Positions 34,917-45,800 of a stretch of DNA of 64,000 nt are shown in pieces (positions within the stretch are counted from its first letter, which is position 1; every line of letters starts with the position of its first letter). The translations under genes were made by a program, and so were the position numbers. Source of the stretch: Monocercomonoides exilis PA203 (taxonomy: Eukaryota > Protista > Preaxostyla); assembly GCA_001643675.2 (NCBI GenBank), contig LSRY02000073.1, forward strand, positions 1 through 64,000. Reading direction: 5' to 3'. The notes beneath the pieces are model-generated. The model had not been told where the DNA came from. It saw only the letters and a list, made by a program, of their open reading frames with translations, and ran no database searches.

Positions 34917-37500
34917 AGAGTGTTTGCTGGTTTCCGTGAATGTTTCAAATTTAATGTGTTGAGAAAAGTTTTGAGATATCAGGATGATTTTGTTATTTAT
35001 TCGTTACTTGAGTGGGTTGTTCAGGCAAAAGGAGGATTGATGGAGGGAATCAAGCTTTCAACAATTCACATTATTTTGATATTCGGGAATGTGATGGTTG
35101 GATTCCTTAGGAACTGTATCAAGGAAACAATGGACAACATTGTAAATCGAGCATTGAAAGAGATTTTCCCATAAGATTTTGAGGCTGAGTGAAGATGAAA
35201 GAATTCGAGAAAGCGAAGGGAGATTTATGCATGATGCGGAACAAAGCACATGAGGAATTTTGAGTGCATTCAAGCATATTGATCATTTGATGGTGTTGCA
35301 ACTTGGCATGTATTTTTCTTTAAAGAAGCTTGTTGTATTTTGTTGAAAATCATCATTTTGGGTTGTTTTTGATGATTGTTGTTGATTCTCCAAAAACAGT
35401 GTGGATTTCGAAGCAAAGGTGAAAACAAATCGAGTGATGCCAAAGCAAATATGAAAGGACAGAGCAGACAACAGTTGAAGAGCTTGATCAAATTAAGGTA
35501 CGTTATCCAATTTATGCAACATTTATGCATTTTTTATTTAAATAAGAAAAAAAGAAATTATAAATAATAACAATTCTTTTGACTTTTTTTGCAATGATAA
35601 TTTCATTTTTTCACTTTCATTTTTTCTTTTTCTTTCTCTTTTGGTGTAACATTATTGTTCTTTTGATTTCAGTTAAAATAAAAATAAATAAACAAAAAAC
35701 TGACTGGGAAGAAATGATAAAAAACAGGCTGCAACAATAAGAGAGGCAACAAAATGAGCTAATTTGAAAAGGGTATTGCCTCATTTTGCAATATATTTTA
35801 TATTTCCACTTTTTTCTTTTTCTTTATATCTTTCTAGCTTTATTGATATTTTCTGTAAACTTCCAAAATAAACTTCACTTAAAAGCCGATTCTTCCTACA
35901 GATCATCATCAATTCCATCCAAGGAAACTTGCATTCGCTTGTGAAGGCACGCACCTTCGTCGTACTTGTCGGCATGTGTTTTCAGCATCATCAGCATTTG
36001 AAAGTATATGTCTTGTTTCCTTCCATCAAAAAAACCATTGAATCACTCGGAGAATCTCTTGGATAGCATTTCATCGTTGCTTGAACAGCATCTGAATGGA
36101 GAGAAGTTGCATAAACAGAATGGAGATGCTACTGCTGCCAATAGAGCCTGCTGACAGATACAAGGGGGAAGGAGAAGAGAAGAGAAGAAGAAGAAGAAAA
36201 AGAAGAAGAAGAAAAATGGAGCAAAGAAGAAAAAGATTATCATAATGGTGAAGATGATGTTGTGATTTGCCTATCAAATGCATCGATTGTGTGGAGTCGC
36301 TATGAAGTTACCAACAAAAAGGAAAGAGAACATGCAAATGGAAAAGAAACAGAATTCGAAACACCAACAGTCAGCGAGAGTGAAAGTGAGGGAAAACAAG
36401 AGAAAGATGAGAAAGATGAAAAAGGAGAGAAAAAAGAAGAAAATGAAAAAATGAAGAAAAAGATAAATTACGTTCATCGCCAACTTTTTTATCATCTTCT
36501 TCTTGTTTCATTCGTCTTTCCTCCTTCCTCTGCTCCTTTCGCTCTGCCTTCGTCTGGTTGTATAGCACGGATGACGAAGAGGATGAGGATGAGGATCATC
36601 TTCCTCCTCATCTGCCTTCTCCTCTTCCCATCCTCCACAGCATCTCCTCCTCTCTCCCTAAGCATTTCCACTCAATCCTCTTCGGACTTATTGTTCCTAT
36701 GGCAAGTTGGCGCTTCTTGTGTCGATTCCGGGAGAGACAATCTGTTTGGAAGGGAAGAGTTATGTGAGAGAGACAGTGGCTTGAGTGTATCGGGTGTAAA
36801 AGTTAAAAAGAATAAAAAAAGAAAATAAATTATTTTTCATTTTGAATAATTTTATTTATTTCTTAATCAATGATAAACGCATTGTACATCATTTCTTATA
36901 CTGAACTGATTTTTTCCCTTCTCCTAATAATATTCATCGTATGTTCATTTATCCATCATTTTCCATTCAGATTCCTTTCATCTTCAACGACACCATCAAA
37001 TCCTATATCCTCTTCCACACTCCCTTCGACCCCGTTCGCTACGCTCGTGTCATTCAAGCATGTTGTCTGGAACAAGACTTGGACATTCTTCCTGGCGGAG
37101 ACGAAGCAGAAGTGGGCGACAGAGGATACAACCTGTCGGGCGGGAAGGGAATGAGGATAGCTCTGGCAAGGGCAGTCTATTCAACGGCTGAGGTGTTTGT
37201 GTTGGATGACATTTTGGCGAGTGTTGATGTTCTTGTTGGAAAGGAGCTGGCGACAAAATGCATCAGTCAGCTGCTGAAAGGGAAGACTGTTTTGTCGACA
37301 ACACATTACACGAAATATCAGCCTGAATTCGACTCAGCCATTGCGATTTAGGAAAAACGGAAGGATCAGAAAGATCTGCAAGGCGGAAGAGTTTAAGGGG
37401 ATTGTGAAGGAAATGAGAAAGTTCGTTGAGGAGAAGAATACAAAATTGTAGAAGAAGTGGAGAAAGAAAGAGAAAATTTGGAAGATGATTATAAAACCAA
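34917..37500 (+). pseudogene. ABCC/MRP-type ABC transporter pseudogene (TMD1 remnants plus NBD1)
   Basis: Degenerate post-Walker-A GKLALLVSIPGE...VA*V at ~36700-36790; QIPFIFNDTIKSYILF, ACCLEQDLDILPGGD..EVGDRGYNLSGGK.MRIALARAVY, VFVLDDILASVD and LKGKTVLSTTH in 36941-37351; many stops and frameshifts; no second half. Confidence 0.85.
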
Positions 37501-37677
37501 TTGTGAAAAGAGGACTGAAGGTTCGGTTAGTGTTTCTTCTTCACCTTTAATGTCATCTTCTCTATTCTCTTTACAATCTACTTTCATTTCGCCCAACAAT
37601 CTCCATCTTCTTCTTCTACTGCAACTTCACCATTCACTTTTAAATCACATTTCATATCGACTCAGCAATCTGCATCG

Positions 37678-37721
<44 letters not shown>

Positions 37722-37757
37722 TTCTTCTTCTTCTTCTTCTTCTTCTTCTTCTTCTTC
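37678..37757. repeat. Compound microsatellite (CAT)n followed by (CTT)n
   Basis: Directly visible tandem trinucleotide runs. Confidence 0.95.
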
Positions 37758-37865
37758 TATTTCGAGTGAATTTCCCACAAGTCTTCAGATAACACGTCCG
37801 CTTGTTCTGAATCCAGTGGGTAAAATCACTTCCTCTTTTTCATCATTTTCCTCCTCCTCCTCTTC

Positions 37866-37946
37866 TTCTCTTCTTCCTCTTCTTCCTCTTCTTCCTCTTC
37901 TTCCTCTTCTTCCTCTTCTTCCTCTTCTTCCTCTTCTTCCTCTTCT

Positions 37947-38023
<77 letters not shown>

Positions 38024-38032
38024 TTCTTCCTC
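37866..38032. repeat. 9-bp tandem array: (cttcctctt)n switching to (cgccttcct)n
   Basis: Directly visible; source of the LLP/RLP and RRG shadow ORFs. Confidence 0.95.
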
Positions 38033-38239
38033 TTTTTCTCTCGTTTCTTTCTTCCAACTTTCAAATTGCACTTTTTGTATTGAAAGTTCTATCGAAAGCT
38101 CTTTCTTTCTTTGGATATGGGAATCATAGGAGAGAGAGAAGAAGAAGAAGAAGAAAAAGAAGAAGAGGGAGAAGAAGATGGAGAAGAAGATGGAGAAGAA
38201 AGAGGAGGAGGAAGAAGAAGAATTTAATGAAGAATAAGA

Positions 38240-38330
38240 AGAATAAGAAGGAGAAGGATAAGAAGAGCAATGAAGAAAAACATCATAAGCAATCAGAACA
38301 GAGTCATGTCCACTTGCTCCGCCTGCGCCA
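38240..38330 (-). pseudogene. Isolated exon-like fragment resembling ADP-ribosylarginine hydrolase (ARH1 family)
   Basis: After a pyrimidine-rich CAG acceptor it reads GAGGASGHDSVLIAYDVFL, similar to the ARH1 segment GWGGSSGHDAPMIAYDAVL, then runs into low-complexity sequence. Confidence 0.5.
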
Positions 38331-41300
38331 CTGAATGAGAGAGAAAGAGAGAAAGAAAGAAAAAGAAAAAGAAAAATGCATTTTATTAGTAAATAATAAA
38401 AAACAATAAAATAAAAATAAAAAAGTTTTTAAATATTGAGAAAAATATTTGAAAATTATGCATTGAACAATAATTATTAAGCAAAAATCTTATTCACATA
38501 TCTTTTCAAAGACACAACAACAAAACAATTCAGAAGCTATTATCAACATTTTTTTGATTGAATGGGAAAAAATAAGTAGAAAAAATTACCCAACAAGAAG
38601 TTTGTTTAAAAAAAAAATTATGTTGATCTTATTATTGCAATGTATGGTTGATGATCAAAAGAGCAATTGCTTCCATTAAGCAAAGAAACCATACACACAT
38701 GTTTAAATAAATGCTAAAACAGCCATAACTTTTATGTTTAGAAATATAGAACGAAAACATTCTGCATTTACTATTACCATTGTTCCTTTAAGAACAGAAA
38801 TTCTGATAAACAATTCAATGTACGATCTAATTTATAAACGATGATCTTTGGAAAACGACAACATAACATTAGCAGTGTGCATGTCCATTTTAGTTTATTT
38901 CATTCAAAAGTTCTATTCGCAGTATATAAACAAATTCTTTTACACAACAAAATAGACAAATTTCGTTTATGAAAGTATGTCTTCAGTAAAGATTTTGGAC
39001 TCAAAAGCGTTTTATTTATGATGATTTTTTCATAATAAAAATTCATCTACAACTTGACGCTGATAATAATGTGGAGAAAGACAGATCTGTTGAAAATTGT
39101 GAAATGTGACAGGTTTTCATATTTTCCCGCAAATTTTGAATTTTAATCATTTTTTATTCATTTATTAAATTTCTGTTGTTTATTGTTGTTATTATTTTGT
39201 TTTTGAAAATGTTTTCTTATCGTTTGAATTATAGATTAAAAGTTTAAAAAGTCAATGTTGATGAGTTGCAATGGTTGTTCAATATTTGTCACTTGATAGG
39301 TATATTGATTAATTTCATTAAGAATGAAGAAAATATCGAAATATTATTAAGAAAGAAAAAGAAAAGAAACAGATAAAAATTCTTTTTGTTCTGCGTGGGT
39401 AAAAAGTTGCTTGATGTTATCTGATTCGCGATTATAAAACACGCAGATAACAAAGGCGTAAACTGGAATATTATTTTTTGCTGAGATATTGTTATATTCA
39501 AATATAACAAAAGTATATATGCCTCAGATAATTTCAGTTTATATATTAATTAAAACTTTTTTAATGAATAATGATTTATTTGTTTTATCAAAGACAATGG
39601 TTATATTTATATGTTTTTTTTTCTAAATGTTCATTTGTTTTTTTTTTGTTTATCATAAATTTATTTAGTAATTGCGAATGATTTATTTAGAAGTCAATCA
39701 ATCAATGACATTCTGACGTCTTGCGCGTTAATTTATTTTTCTTTATTTTGAAGTGAAGAAGCCAAAATCAATAAGGATGGAAGACGTTACATGTTCATTG
39801 AAAAGATTCCGCAAAAACATATTTAACGAAGATAATCTTTATTTAAAATGGGTTACAATGGAATTTTTAATTTATCAAACAGACCGCAAGAAGATTCAGC
39901 AAGCTTTTGATCATCCAGTGTCGTCAAATCATAAGTATGCTTTTAAAGATTTTTGAGAGCGTTTTTATTTCGAAATAAAAATTGTTGAAACGCAGAAAAC
40001 AAAATGAAGAATATTTGTTTTCATTGATTGAATGTGAATTGAGAATATAATTTTTCTGCGAAGAAGAATTTTTGAGAGATATTTCGTGATGGATGAGACA
40101 ATTTATTTTGTTTTTGACTCTTTCGCGGTCGAACTCTCACAAACTTCTTTTTTATTTCCTAATCCTTTTTTTTCCAATTTAATTTTGCAGTTGTTATTCA
40201 TTTTTCTCATTATTTTAATTTTGTCATTTTGTTTAACAGTTACTTCATTTTTTTAGCTTTTATAGAATAAAGATATATTCGCCTGAGCTCATTGTATGTT
40301 TTATTGTGCATGTGAATTTTTGTTGTGATTTTATTTTATCGTTTATGTGAACGCATGAAAGAAAATGCTATGAATGAAGTATTTTTATTCATTTATGGAT
40401 TTAATGTCATGCGAGAGTGAACAATTGATGCTCTTGTCAACTTCTGAGAAGGGTGTTTACCGTTCAATGATTTAGTTGATATTTTCATCAGTACATTGTT
40501 ATTTCTTTGATTATTATGTAAACATTCTTTTTTTAGCATCGTTTAAATATTTATCTCATATTCTTTTTAAACAGAAATCTAGTGAAGCATTAAATAAGAC
40601 ACTTAAAAATCTTAATTTAGTAATAATTTCAGTTGTATTTATGTGCATTCACAACAACATAAATATGGAATTATCTTGATTTATCACACCACCCAGCTCA
40701 CCGTCCATCTTTGCATACACGCTCTTTATTTCTTGTGCTGCATTTTCCTTTTCGTGATTTTGTGACGAGTTTAAGTCTTTCATTCAATATGCTTACAACT
40801 CTGATTCCATCAACGAAGAAGGATGTGCCTTCAAATCAATAATCATATTTTCTGTATTGCCAATTGAATTGTTCATTAAAGGTGTATGATTTGTGGAGAT
40901 TAAGCGATGTGTATTGCGAATGGTTTTTATATTCAAAGAAAAAGAAATGGACAATTATATAAATGATTATGGAGGACGGTTTGCGCAATTCGATCCTGAT
41001 CTTTTTTTGAGTAAAAGGTTGGATAAAATGCGCGTAAATGAACTCTGTGCTTCAAAGGGATCTGGAATCGCTTCAAAATTGAAGGATCACTCTCTTAAAT
41101 GGCATATGAGATATTTTCTTATTTTTTTTGACAATTTTTGTATTTTCTGTTGCATTAATTTTGTATTTTTTTTTATGCTGTGTGTATTTTAGTGACTTTG
41201 TTAATGAATCATACATCATGTGAAATTTTAGTGTTCTCCAAAAGTAAATGTGTTTTTATGAATTTATTTTCCGAACTACATTCAGTCAATTCTGATAGTG

Positions 41301-42831
41301 TCAATTATTTTCATTCAATTGATTTCTTGTCACTTCTTTTGGTGACTTTATTCCACATTTGATTTCTTGACATTCAGTTTTGTCGAAGATGCATTTGTGC
41401 TGAAGTTTCAAGCATCACATTTTAAATTTTGTTTCGCACAAGTTCTTATGTTTCATTTATTCCTTGTACAGTTATGAAGTTTGCTTTTAAAATTATTGCA
41501 CCAATCAAACATTTCCGCACTCACTGTGCGTTTCGTTCTGTACTCCGATTTGCTTTGAACGATTTTACTAATTCAATTTTCAGTTTTGGTGCTAATCACA
41601 AATTTTATTGAATTAATTTGCTCGAATTGTTGTGTTCTTATTGTGCTTTGCATTTATCTGACTTCATCATGTGAACAATTACTCACAGTCTTCATGTAGA
41701 ATTTTATCAGATTATTTCGTGCGAGCCTTATTGTATTTAAAAGGTTTGTTTGAAATGATTGTTTGTGAATGAATGGAGAGAGAAGATAGAAAGAATAATT
41801 GAGAAATTGCATTGAAATCAAAGCAAAAGATTGTATTGTGCTTCTTGCTTATGTGTAAATGTGCAAAGAGTTGCTGGGAAGGTCGCTAACGACAAGAGAG
41901 GAGTATCCTCAAGGACGTGCGTTTGATAGTAGCTCCCGCAAATTGTTCATAGAAAATTTTTGGATTTATTTATTATTTTGTATTTTGTTGACTTTATTCA
42001 TTAATTGTTTTTTTGATTATTTGTTATTAGTTCACAAGTGCTTCTAAGCTTATTCACATTTAACTTTTGTTAGAACCGTCTTTGAATAGTTGCATGATGG
42101 AAGTTAAGAAACAGCCTATAAGTATGCTTTAAAATGAATTGATGAATACTTAACAGTGGACATATTCTTAAATAATTACAAAAGTAATTTTTTGTATTTG
42201 AGAATAAGAGATAATACGAATATGCGTTTAACCAAATGGTGGATGTTATTCTACGCCAACATTTTTTTCTTACGCATAGAGTTATACAAGAGATTTCAGT
42301 TGATGCTGAACAATAAATTATCTGAAGCTACTGCGATGTTTCTCGTTACATATTTGCTTTGAGTTTTTATTTGTTTTACAATTTTTGACTTATTTTTATA
42401 GTGTTCTCCAACTTTTGTCAATATTTAATTTATTTTTCATAATTTTGAATCTTTTTATTTATATTTTTTATTTCTCATGTCAGAAAAATAAAGTTCAAAT
42501 AAAAAAAACAAATTTAAATAGTGCATTCTTTTTTGAACAAAAAGTGAAAATTAAGTTCTGATAAAAAATATGAGTTCTTAACAGAAGAGAAGAATACATT
42601 TATAACAACATACAAAATTGATTGAGGAGAAAACTAGCAAAACACACAGGATGGTTGAGAATGAACAGAGACAGCAGAAACTGAATGAGTTGCATTTTAA
42701 TAACTCAACTTATATAAATAACCAATAAAATTTAAAAAGTGATACAAATCAGCAATAAATATAAGCTTGATAACATTTTAAAAAATAATAAAATTGGAAT
42801 TGAAGAATGCAAAAGAATGGAAAAGCAAAAT

Positions 42832-45800
42832 TCATCCATGTTTGGTGAGCCATTTTGCCTTCTCCTTTTCCTTCTGCTTCTTCAAAATAAGCTTCGCTTT
42901 CTCTTCCTCTCTTCGAATAAGCTCCCATCTTTCCTTGTCCAAAATGGTTGTTCCGTTCTCCTGGAAAATGACAGACGGAAGCTCTTTGAACAGCGTCTTC
43001 AGCTCAACTGGACGCTTTCCTGGCTGAGGAGAAACAGAGGAAGAGGAGGAGGAAGAAGAAGAAGTCGAGGATGGTTTGAATGGAGATGGAGATCTCCTCT
43101 TTCCCACCACTTTCTCTCCTTCTTTAGCTTTCTCTCTCTCCCTCTCCTTCTCCTTCTCCTTCTCTTTCAACATCTTCGCCTGCTCCTGTGCTCTTTTCGG
43201 AAACAGTGCTTCCGTCCTCAATTGAGTCAGCCTCGTCCGCATCATCCTCAGCCTCTGTGCATCTGTCTCCTGAAGTAGCGACTCGTAAATGTAGAAGTCT
43301 CTCAAAGACGACGTAGACGACAGCGTTCGCGTCTCCTCTGGCTGTTTTGGCTGAGAATGCGAAGAGGAAGAATATGAAGAGGAGGCAGCAGCGTATTCAG
43401 AATAAGAGGAGTATGATGATGCTTGCAGTCCCCCAGCTGGTGTGGGTGGATTGAGTGCGCAAAACGAAAGAGGCGATTTGTCCTCACCTTCGTCGTTGTT
43501 GTCTGAATCGCTGTCATCTGCCTCGTTTTGAATAGAGCTGCCTGACAGCCTTCTGTTTGGCAATGCTGAAGAAGAAGGTTTCGCTTTGTTCACACCTACT
43601 TTCAATGTTCCACTCCATCTTCGCTGAGTTGTGCTTGCAACTTCATCGTTTTCATTGGCATCATCATCTTCCTCTTCTTCCTCCTCCTCTTCTTCGTCTT
43701 CGTCTTCATCATCATCCTTCGACTTCTTTGGAGCTGCCTTCCAGACTTGTTTTGTTAGAAAAGAGACAAGATAAGGCGGAGGTACAAAAGAATTCAGAAA
43801 ATCATAGTCGAAATTGAGTGAAAAAAGAAGAGAGGAATTTGAAGAAGAAGAAGAAGAAGAACGAATAATCGCAGAAGTTGTGGAATCAGAAGCGCTTGTT
43901 ATCTTTCTCTCAATCGGAACAATAGAAGAAGAGTTTGACTCTGATTGTGAAATGGCAGGCAACTTCTTCGCTGTCACCGAAGTTGTTGTGTTTGAAGCAG
44001 CAGAAGGCGAAGGTGAAGACGAAGAAGAGCCAAGAGTGGCAGAAGGATATGTTGGAGATGTTGAATTTTCCTTCTTCTTCTTCATCTGACTTGCTGGTCT
44101 TCGTGTCCCGCTCCATCGTCTCTTCGACTTCTCCTCTTTTGGCTCGCTTTCCAGTTGAGAAAAAGTCTGCTGAGGGAACAAAGTGTTCAGTGAAGGATAG
44201 AGCAGACACACAGAAACAGAAGAGCTGAGTGCCATTGTCGACTGCGAGGGTGTTGATATTGGTGATTGTGCTAATTCATTTCCTCTGTTTCTCATTGGAA
44301 TCACAGCAAAGCTGTCTTTTTCGCTTTCTTTTTGTTTAAGTCGCGATGATGAGTTTGGCCTTTTGTGTTCTTCATTTAGTTCTCTTTCTCTTTCTCTTTC
44401 TCTGCCATTATCAGCAAATGCCTGAGTGAATGCAGAGAGAGGAGCCATCTTCAGTTGCGGAGTCTGCGGCATCTGAGGCGATGTGGAAGAGAAGCAGCCA
44501 TTTGACAGGATGTCAAAATTGTGTGTGGGCAAAACATTGCTGCTGTAAAAGGAGGATGTTGGCGGAAACAAAAACAGCGCCCATTCGACATTTTGGAAGG
44601 GGACAGCGAGCGGAGTGGTGGGAGTGAGTGGTAAAGAGGAGAGAGAAGGAGACTTCGGAGAAATAGCTGAGGAGGAAAGCGACGGAGAAATATCTGCAGA
44701 AAGACGGCGGCCGGACGAGATGCTGGGAGATGAGGAGATCGGGGCAGAAGAGGAAGAGGAAGAGGAAGAGGAAGAGGAGGTAGAAGAAGATATTGAATTA
44801 CGTCTGGCATAACTCACAGAAGTTGATGTTGCAGATGATGAAGAAGCATTCGATGAGGAGGAAGAAGAAGAAGAGGAAGAAGAAGAAGTGAACATAGACT
44901 GAGGATGAGCCGAAGATACTCTCTGACTCTGGAGTTTCGAAGGGGAAGAAGGACGAATGGCAGACAGCTGTCTTCTTTGCATGTTGTTTCGGGTGGAGAA
45001 AGCAGACGGCGAAAGAGAAGGTCTTGTGGAAGACGCTGTTGTGGTGCGAGAAAAGCCCACTTTTGAAATCAGCGATGAATCTGAGGCTGTTTTGTGGTGG
45101 ATGCGGAGTGGGGTGCGGATGGAGCGGGAAGAAGAAGAGACGATTGGAGCAAGTGTTGTAGAGGAAGAGGAGGAAGAAGAAGAAGAAGAGGAGGATGATG
45201 ATGATGAAGGAGAGGAAGAGGATAGAGAAGAAGATGTTGATGATGATGATAAAAGATTATTATTGATTTGAGTGTTTGTTTGTGGAGAAGGAGAAGGAAG
45301 TGAATGAGGAGAAATGGAAGATAAAGAGGAAGAGGAAGAGGAAGAGGAAGAGGAAGGACGAGATGAAATGCGTTGTGTGACTGAAGATGACAATATCGAT
45401 GATGTTGATTGATTTGTGGATAACGTGAATGAAGATGTTGTGTTTGAAGCATCAACAGGCTGAAGAGGAGAAGAAGAAGAGGCAGAATAGAGGCGAATGC
45501 CACGAGATGTAGTTTGTGGTGAAGAGAAACAAGAAGATGAAATAGAAACAGAAGAAGTAGAAGAAAAAGGAGATGAATGTGTCCTTACAGATTGCAGAGG
45601 AAGATGAGGAACATGTGGAGAGCTGCCTGATGAAGAAGGGCGGACATTTGAATGATGGATGGAAGAAGAAGAAGAGGAAGAGGAAGAAGAAGTGAAAAGA
45701 GGAGGAGACGAAGATGAAGAGGAAGAAGAAGAAGAAATTGAAGAAGAGCCAAAAAGCATCTCTTTTTGTGAAGAACGTTGTGATTCGTGTCGGAGAAGAG

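Noticed and set aside
37866-38032. Regular repeat array as a CRISPR-like or coding repeat system
   Set aside because: Simple 9-bp tandem repeat with no spacers, in a eukaryotic context.
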